NCBI RefSeq assembly: GCF_009914755.1
Contig: NC_060925.1
Source: the human T2T-CHM13v2.0 reference genome, Homo sapiens
Strand: one strand, 5' to 3'
Length of the DNA: 64,000 nt
The number at the start of each line of letters is the position of its first letter. Position 1 is the stretch's first letter. Under the pieces are notes generated by a model, which worked only from the letters and a program-made list of their open reading frames with translations, was not told the origin of the DNA and did not search any database. This document shows, one piece after another, positions 54,307-64,000 of this stretch. Both the position numbers and the translations under genes were made by a program.

Positions 54307-56869
54307 TGACTTTAAAAAAGGTTCAAAAGTAACTGGAAGGTTGAAGGGGAACCTGAAGGAGTCATGCAGACTGATGCCTGCTGAAAATATTTCCTGGGGA
54401 CTGTTCATTTATTGAGCCTGTGCTCCATGTCATGCACCGTGCCACAAGCTGGGACACAACAATTAAGTCTGTGACCTCAAAAACCTCACACCTAATGGGC
54501 AAATGAACAAGCTGCTTCAGTAGAGTGGGATGAGTGCCGCATTGGTGAGGGATATATGCCAGGCGGTTGGAATAAGCAATAGTTGGCTTCAATGTCACCA
54601 AGTAATTGGTGACATTTGTGCTGAATATTCAAATAGGATGTGGTGGCTTATCAAGAGGCCCAAAGCACAACAAAGGAAATATTCAATCAGCAGGGCCAGG
54701 GATGCAGAATTCTGCTCAGGAGAATAGCATATGCAAAACTGTGGAGAAATTTATCCTTAGAAAGCTATTAATGATTTGGCATCGTTGGATACCAAGTTGA
54801 AGAACTACTTAAAGAGTTATAGGACTAAATAGATACATATCAGAACAGTGAGATTTCTCCTCATTACTTTAGGGGCCACACTGGTTCTTTTCTAATTGAG
54901 GGTTTTCCCTTTCTTCCACTTATTTTCCTTCTCAAATCACTGATGTAATCATTACCTTCTTAGAATTCCTCATGTTAAACTTTGATTTTCAAGTAAATGC
55001 TCAAAACCCTGGCTTAATAAGGTGGATACAGAAATGACAGTTACTTTTTTGGGAAAGGCAACACATGTCATTGTGACACCGTAGAGAGAGAGGCCTGGGG
55101 AGGGGTGAGGAATATCGAGAAAGAGTGGCTCAGAGGCAGCCAGAAATGACTCTTCATGGAGACAATGGAAGTCTCCCAGAATTGCCCAAAATGAATATAG
55201 GAACTAATAGGAAAACAAACTGAGATCTCCTTTTTCTAATGGAATGGTGGTGTTCTGCTGTTGGAACTGAAGAGACAGAATAGGAAAAATTGCAAGTTGA
55301 TAGATTCATGGAGTAAAATAGTATTCCATGCCTTCATGGAATCAAAGAAATGGAGAAAAGAGGTAACATTAGGGATAGAGTGATGAGGAAGACTCAAGGA
55401 AATATTGAGGCTGAGGAAGAGGTAAAGGTTGAGGTAAAGCTCAAAGTTGGCTCAATGCTTAGATATAGAATGAGGGATTGGTGTAATAATAGATATCTGT
55501 TGCACTAATATTTTAGCACTAATATGGCTATTATGATTCCAAAGAAAAAATACTACCTTCAGATATTGCATCTGAATATTCCTTGAGCTAAGAAATCAGT
55601 GCTGAAGCAGAGATCAGTGAGGGTTTTCTGCCCAGATTCAAAATTCAGTATATGTTCTTTTGTGGGAAAGGGATACATTAAGTAAAATATTCCAAAAGAT
55701 TTTCTCATTCAGAAATCTGGCAAAAGAAAGAATTTAACATCTGTACTGGAGTCCTGGGAACCACAGCAAGTAGATTCCAAATTTCCAGCCAGGAAAGCAC
55801 AGGTATTTTCAGGTAAAGTGGTTAGCTTTACAGAGTAGAGATCATCAGGAGTTTTCAACATATAAACATAGTCTATATACTGAGTGTTAATAAATGTGCT
55901 TTGTAGCATTTCTGTTAATTATACTCCTTAATATAAATTTATGTTCAGAGTGCTTATCTAATATTTCAGGTTTTCCCAGTAGTACTGGCAAACTATGGGG
56001 TAGATTTCCAGCCCCATTTTTTTCATGAAAGTGATTACATAAGAATTCATGAACAATTTCATTGTCGAAAATACTATGTAATTTTATTTCCATTGTGAGC
56101 AAGTATGCCATACTGATATAGATGTGAATAGGCAAGCATTTTGAAGAACCAGGAAATCATGTAGTAAGAATTTCAGAAAATTTATGTTTAATCCTAAGAG
56201 ATTTAGCAGAGCTCTAGGGCAATGACTTAGTAATGGAAATTCTGATGAGGAGTTAGCACAGTGGTTTACGAGAGGTAGTACGAAAACCAGAGTTCTGGAC
56301 AGGACTGTTTATAACCCAATAGGGCAAGAGAATGTCTGAAGTTAGGAAAAGAAAGTTGGTTAAAAATCTGAAAGTGATTGTCATGGTTTTGAGCAGATTT
56401 AAGATCCAAAGATATTAATAATAAAATTGGAGCCATAAACTAACAGTCCTTGTAGAGAACAGAACAAGGGAAAGGATGAGCTCAGACGCATTCCTGAAAA
56501 CTTGCTATTATGATTCTAGCTTGATGTTAATGCCTTTGAGGGAAACTGAGATGCAGCACAGAGCTTTGTAACCAAAACTATTCACTCCTTTAAGAAGCCT
56601 TCTCAAAAGCTTTATTCAACTGTATCTTTACCAAAAAGAAGTAGCCTCAGACAGGTTCTTCATGGGTACTCCTCAAGACGTCTCCATGGATAATATGAAG
56701 CCAAGGTAAAAGATCTCTTTGTTAGAAGACAATAGGTGACTAGTCACATGGGCAAGGTGGCATAGGGCATGGAGCAGGACTAGGGAGAATGGGTACCTCC
56801 TTTGATTCTTGCTGCAACCTGTCAATAACAGATAAGACAGATGAACCAAGAACTTCCATTTAACATTTC

Positions 56870-57305
56870 ATGGAGGTCATTATGGGAGTGAAATAAGCCA
56901 GGCACAGAAAGACAACTATCACATGTTCTCATTCATATGTGGGAGATAAAAAAATGGATCTCATGGAGGTAGAGAGTAGAATGGTGGTTACCTTAGGCTG
57001 AGAATGGGAGTGGGAAGGGAAGAATGAAGAGAAGTTTGTTAAGGGTTACAAAGATACAATTAGAGAGAAAAAATAAGTACTAGTATTGGTAGGACAGTAG
57101 GGAAATCATAGTTAACAATAACTTATTGTATATTTTAAAATATCTAGAAGAAAAGAATCATAATGTTCCCAATACACACAAAAAAGATAAATATTTGAGT
57201 TAATAGATTCCTCAGTTACCCTGATTTGCTCATTACACATTGTATCAAAATAGCACCTGTATCTCAAAAGTATGTACAACTATTATATATCAATTTTAAT
57301 TTTTA
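56870..57305 (+). mobile_element. L1MA 3' end
   Basis: GTGAAATAAGCCAGGCACAGAAAGACAA...GAGAGTAGAATGGTGGTTACC...TACCCTGATTTG. Confidence 0.88.
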
Positions 57306-60300
57306 AAAAATTCACAGAACATAATGTACAGCGATTCACACTTTATTTTTGAAATGTTGTGCCATCACATATTTATAAGAAGGAAAAATATCTTAAAAAT
57401 AGTAAACAGTAAAAGCCTGACAGGCTCTTGAAGACATTAGCCAGAGTCACATAGCAATGGATCTTCCATGTTAACACTGAAAATGCCTGGCCAGAAAGTC
57501 CTTCATCACTGAGAGGAGGATTTTAGACTCGGCATCTCCACCAACACTTTACTTTGATTAGAGAGCCTGTCAATAGGTTTGATCAATGTTCTGCTTGCCT
57601 GGTGGTACCACCTAAATTCTCATTTGCAGCTGTCACTTTTTAGGGAATTGCAAACTCTCAGATCATTAAAGTGGCATGCCATGTGACTCACATTTGACAG
57701 ACAATCGCTTACTAAAAATATCTGTCCTGATCAGTGCTGATGTTCTAAAAGGATATTTTCAGCTTCTTGTTCTCTCTGCCTTTCTGTGATGACACTGTAC
57801 CCGGTGAGTTAAAAGCAACAGAAGAAAGAGCATCATTAAAGGCAGCAGGTTATTGTAGAACATGGCCTGCCAATGGGGATTTGGGTCGGAAGCAGGAGCT
57901 CATGCAGCCCTGTAAAGGTAATATCTCTGCTGATCCTTGTAGCACATGGACCTGTCACTGCATACTCCCATGCCTCTCAGACAGCCATAACTCTTCTCTC
58001 CAAACGGCCTTTAATTAGAACTGCTGTCGCTGTTGCTTGGTTGGGTAGGTTTGATCTCACTTTGTTCAAGGCCATTATAATCTCTCCAGGTTCATGTTCA
58101 ATTGGTGTGTCAGAGATCAGGGCCTTGGATGATTTCTCAAGTTGACAAGTAGTGATGGTTATGGGCTGGCATGCCTAGATACATTGTGAGAAGTGGGTCT
58201 CAAGACATCATTACAAGGTTAATCTATGGTGTTCTCAACTCCTCTATTACATATGTCCTGGGATTTAAACAGGATGGGTAACAAACGGCAGGGTAGAAAT
58301 TGGCTTTATAAGCTGCCTTCTTTTGTGAATTCTACTTACGTGACCTGCCCACTCTGGGATTTGGAATTTTAACTGTAATTGTCATTGTGACTTACCCATT
58401 CTAGTGTCTACCTTTAGCTACTGCTGAAAAAGTTGCTTTACAAACATTCTTGATATTTCTGTTGAGAAATATCTATTTCCAAACTGAATACCACACCAAT
58501 AATAACTACCCACAGAATAGAAATAAGTTGTTATTTCTCCTTAAGTCATATTTTCAAAGATCATTTCTTCACTCTAAATCTAGAAGCCCAAGATTGTGCT
58601 GTTTAAATATTTCACCCTCACTATATACAGGCTATTTTTGCTGACACTTGGTGTTATTACTTTGTTGTAAGTGAATGCAATGAAAATGTAATTGACACTT
58701 TTTCCTTCTGCCATGACTGTTCAGTCCTCTAGAATTGCATTGAATGATGAACTCAATCAATAAGTCAGGGCCCAGTGTCTACCCAGATTTCTGAGCTAAC
58801 TGAGGCAGGGACAGAGAACATGGTTCTCCAATATGGTTAGTATTGGATTGAAGATTTATTTTTGACTATCTGAAGAGTTAAAGATAAGGCCTATGGCTCT
58901 GTGTAATCTCTTGAGTTATAGAATCCTACTTGCATTTCCTCTCTTCTGGTCCATTTCATAGGAGTGTATTTTTAAACTGGGTTCTTTGCCCAGCACTCCA
59001 CCAGCACTCCACATGAACTGGAACTCTTCCTGAAATCTCACATCTTCTCATGGGAAATCTGACCACTGGGTCACTCCCACATACTTCCTCTCTTAAGGAT
59101 CTGTATTCCATTCTAAGTTACTCTGTAATTAGTTGGAATCTTTCCACAAACAGTCTGGAATTTCTCCCCACAATATTCTCTTATAAAATTAAGTTCTTCT
59201 AACTCTCTTCTCCCATTGATGAGGGCCCCCAACACCTGGCTTTGTAAAACTGCCATTCCTCTCATCAGCCTCACAGCCTGATTTTTCCAGCCCATGCAAT
59301 AATCTGGAGTGACTGAGGCTACATGTAATCCTAGAATGCTCTGCTCCCCATTGGTGCGTTGTGCTAAGGTTCTAGAACATTTCATACCAAAACCTCCTCT
59401 CAGTATAATTCATTACTGATAACACCACCAATGCTATAGGACTGGGGAAAGAGGGAAGAGCAATTTAGTTACATCCCGTAAAGGCTTCTTAAATTTTTTC
59501 TGCAGAGCTATATTAAATCATAATTTCTTTTTCTTTTTGTTTGTTGAAATTTTTAACTTAATTTCAATTTTTATTTCAGTAATACATGTATATTGTCCAA
59601 AATGTTAGTTAGCGCTTCAAGGCTGATCATAGAAAAGCAGGAGTTTCTGTCTCTAAATATCCTTTCATCTGATTCTCACTCCATGAGGACAGTCTCTTTA
59701 TGCACATTTCACTGTTTCTTCTGGTATTTAATACCATATTTCTAAAATTAGCTATCTATTGCTGTTTCTTGCTTTTTCCAGTTTTGAGGTTATTTATGCA
59801 TTTTGAACTCATGGAAGATGAGGCTTAGGGTTCTCACTTCCCTCCAGTCACCATAGTCTCACCCAATTTTTATTCCACCCCTCCTCTGAGTGTATTTCTA
59901 TCACCATTTAGATTGAACAAAAATGTAGTATGTTTATTATTCTGACTCTCAACTCTGTTCATACCTCAACTAAGGGGTGTACTATCATTGTATTTTCTTT
60001 CTTCAACTTTTAATTTTTCCTGAAGTGGCTAATTATTTCTTTTCTTTGTTTGTTCAGTTTTCTTTTTATGTACCATGAATTCATCACCAAACTCTCCAAT
60101 ACAACAATGAAACACCTCTCAATTATGTCAAAGTGGTAGAGTAATCTATTGCTCTATTTCTTTTAATATTACTATCCCTCCTGGAGCCCTCTCTTTTTCT
60201 TTTCTAATCCGGACAATCTGCATTCTGGTTTTACTGCACAGCTGCCACCCTGGGATTTTCTTTCACTTTCCTTCTAGGATTCCTCTAACTTATAAACTGT

Positions 60301-60361
60301 TTCCTGGATCCTGGATCTTCATCTTTCTTGGTTTACTACATTCATTTTGGTAGAACATATC

Positions 60362-62797
60362 CATGGTAGAGAGATTCTAAGTTACTGCCATTATTCCTAC
60401 GTCCTGATATTCATGCCCTTGCATTGGTGGGGATGAAGAAGCTTGCTTTCATCCAATATAATATGGCAAAGATGATGGATTGTCAGTTCCATGATTATAT
60501 TACATAAGATTGTAATGCATAATGCTCATCTTACTAGAAGGCTTTCTTTCTTACTGGCTTCAAAAAAAAAAAAAGCTTCCATACTGTGAGATGTACTATG
60601 GAGAGGGTCACATAGTGAGGTGGTGACGGCAGCCTCTGGCTGACACTCAGCAAGCAACTGATGTCCTCAGTTTGACATCCTGCAGGAACTGAATGTGGCC
60701 AACAAACATGAGAATGTGGGAGCAAATCCTTCCCAGTCAGACTTTCAGATGAAAACAAAGTCCCAGCTATCATCTTGGCTATAGCCTTGCAGAGAACCCA
60801 GCTAAGTCATGCCCAAGCTTCAGCTCCAAAGAATGTATTGAATAGTTAAAATATACAGTTTTAAGTCACTAAGTTTGTGGTAATATTATTACACAGCAAA
60901 AGAAATGAATATAGATTTCAGAACCTGGAAATGGGGTATTGTTATAATGAATATTAAAAATTGTGTAAAGGACTTTGGAACTTGGCAGTGGATGGAGGCT
61001 GGAAGAATTTTGAGAAAAATAACAGAAAAATATTGATAGACTGTTATAAATTTGGACTTTAAGGATCCTGCCAGTGAGGACTCAGAGGCAGTGAGTAACA
61101 CATTATTGGAAACTGGATAAAGGAGCATCCCTCTTATGTAGTGGCAGAAAGCTTAGTGAAATTGTGACCTGCAGTCATCTGGGAAGGAGAGCATGTAAGT
61201 AATAGACTTATTTAGCTGAGAAGATTTCCAAACAAAGTGTTGAAGTTTCAACCTAGCATCTTCATGCTGCTTATGGTAAAATGTGTGAGGAGAGACATAC
61301 TGTGAGGGAAGACAGTAAACAAAAAAGAAACAGAAATTGATTATTCTGAAAAATTTTAGCCTCTCCATATGTCAAAAGACACTAAAATTAAGAGATGGCT
61401 TCCAAGCACTGTTAGAACAGTATAGTCTCGACAAAAATCCAAGTGTATGCCTGTACAATTTTTTATTAAAACTTCAGATCAAAGGATCATAGTAGTACTC
61501 AATCACACAAGGAGCCCTTGAAAGAGACTAAGAGTACGCTTCTTGGAATCTCTCAATCAAACCATATGGCATTTAGAAATATTAAGGGAATTGTCCCTCA
61601 CCTATCTCAGAAGGAATCCAAAGTGCAGAAGAATTTGAAAAAAACGTGGCTTTTGCCTGATGGACTGGACCATAGAAGATTTAAACATTTTTGGAAATGT
61701 TATTTCAGCAAAACCACTGCCAGCTTGAACTGAAAGGTAGAGGGACAGTGTCAAACACAAAGAGGCTATCAACCACTTAAATTCTATTGGCAAGAGGCAG
61801 GCTAATATAACTGCTGAGTAACAAATACTTGTTATACTTTTCTTGACTCAGAGGGTAGAACTAAAAGTCCAGAACCAGGGAAAATAATTCCTAGATCTTC
61901 AAAGCTAATCAAGAAACTCCCAACATTTGTGAAGCTGGCTTTTAGAATTGCTGTGATTCAGTGATTCTTGCATACTATTTATCCTCCTTTTTAAAATGAA
62001 AATGTCTATAGCTGTTATCCTATGCCTGTCCAATCACCATAATTGGAGTGTGTGGGGGGAAGGTAACTTGTCTGTTTGGTTTTGCAGATCCATGCATCAA
62101 GAAGAGCTACATCCAAGGAAACTCATCCATGCCTGGACTTAATTTATATAATGAAATTCTGAACTTTCAATAGATGCTGTAATAGGATGAGAGTTTTGGA
62201 GATCTTGGGAGGGAATGAATGTGTTTTGCATGGGGAAGGGACATGAATCACTGAAGCCCAGATGATGGACAATGGCTGACAGACTCTAAAAATGGCCCCA
62301 TGATCTCCACCTCCTGGTATCCATACCTCTACAATCCCTTCCCCTTATTCAATAGAGTACAAAAGAAGGATAGGATTTCACTTCTGTTATTACATTACAT
62401 ACAACTGTAGTACCTGTCTTGCTGGAAGACTTCCCCTTTCCTGGCTTTAAAGAAAAAAGTTACAAATTGTGAACAGCTGTCCCCTGTAGAAGCCATGTTA
62501 CAATGAACTGAGGAAAGCCACCGGCCAACATCCAGCAAGAATCTGAGGCCCTCAGTCCGCATTCCTCAAGAAACTGAATGCTGCTGACAAAAATACAAGA
62601 GGAAGTGGATCCATCCCCAATCAAGCCTCCAGAAAAGAACACGGTCTTGGCCAAAACCTTGATGGTAACCTTGGAGAAGACTCAGCTAAGCTGTGCCTGG
62701 ATTTCTGACTCACTGAAACTGTGGGATAATAAATGTGTGTTATTTTCAGCCAATAAATTTGCAGTAATGTTATTATGCAGCAAAAGTTAACTAATTT
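60362..62797 (+). mobile_element. MLT1 (E/F-like) MaLR provirus: LTR, internal region, LTR; inserted in antisense L1ME
   Basis: 5' LTR ~60362-60913; MaLR internal start GATTTCAGAACCTGGAAATGGGG...TTTGGAACTTGGCAGTGG; 3' LTR ~62271-62797 shares motifs with the 5' LTR. Confidence 0.82.
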
Positions 62798-63689
62798 ATT
62801 ATCTTTCAGTACCTTATCCTTGATTGATGTTTGTTCTGTATAAAATTGCATACTTAAAATATATAATTTTTACTCAAAATTTTGAAAAATAATAGTATCT
62901 TCTAACCCATAATGTTGATATTTAGAAATCTGATACATTATAATTTTTGAACCCTTGTATCTGGTCTCTCTCTTTTTTTCCTATTATAAGCCTCTAGGAT
63001 TTTTGCTTGATGCCAAATGTTTAAAAAGGTAATGTTCATTGATGCAGGTCATTTGGGTGGCCTCTGCCAATTTAGAAACAGATGTCCATCAGTTCTGAGA
63101 AATTTCTTTTTTTAAATGCTAATTTCATCTTTTTTTTCTAATTTTCTGTTTCCAGATATCCTGTTAACCACCTTCCTGAATCAATCTTCAGATTTTTGTA
63201 TTTTTTCTCTACTATTTTCCAAAGTTTTAATCTTTTTATTTTCTTGGAACTTAACTTTATCTGCCAACTCATTTGTGAAATGTCTTATTTCTGTTGTCAT
63301 GCCTTTAATTTCCAAGTATTCTTTTTATTTATTTATTTTTTTCATTTTATTCTAGGTGTCCTGCCTAGCTCACCAGGCAATGAAATAATGACTGGTCCAG
63401 TGGGGTTTGTACTTGAGCAATGCAAATTAAAAGATGGCCTATCACAGCACTACTCCTCAGAACTATAAAGTTCTCACATGCTTTATTATTTTTGACCTCA
63501 TTTGATCATAACACACCTTCTTCAAGGTCACCAAGGATAAAATTCCTGGTTACTGTAGACATGGAGTTTGGAGTCAATGAGATCTGGGCTTGGGTCTTGG
63601 TATTGCAACTTAATAGCTATGGCATCTTGGGCAAATTCTTTAAATTCCCTAATGTTCCAGTTTCCTCATCCATAAAATGAGACCAGTGA

Positions 63690-63967
<278 letters not shown>

Positions 63968-64000
63968 TCAACTGGCTAGTGTTAGGTTGAATCAATATAA

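Overview
This is AT-rich hominine (human-like) genomic DNA, intergenic or intronic, made mostly of interspersed repeats. All repeat family names were assigned by eye from remembered consensus sequences and need RepeatMasker/Dfam confirmation. I found no host protein-coding gene, structural RNA gene or CRISPR array; the ORF track is mostly LINE-1 ORF0/ORF1/ORF2 pieces, an ERVL pol remnant and chance frames in repeats. Main elements: the 5' end of a young minus-strand L1 inserted in Tigger1 (1-1310); a full-length but inactivated L1PA2-like element with a 16-bp TSD (42990-49018); a 5'-truncated L1PA5/6 (13082-15746); eight Alus; solo LTRs (THE1, MER9, LTR33, MER50, MER4-group, MLT1); an LTR-int-LTR MLT1 provirus; and old L1M/L2/MIR fragments. 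I see no convincing new multi-gene system. The signals the repeats do not explain are local copy events: a ~195-bp, ~94% identical inverted duplication (17918-18112 vs 19148-19343) and a 211-bp segment copied from 50798-51008 into an MLT1 LTR at 42446-42656. Smaller scars are a poly(A)-only insertion, a probable 3' transduction, a 48-bp collapsed MLT2-like LTR and fold-back hairpins. Minus-strand splice signals could belong to a lncRNA or an L1-ORF0 fusion transcript, but that is speculative.
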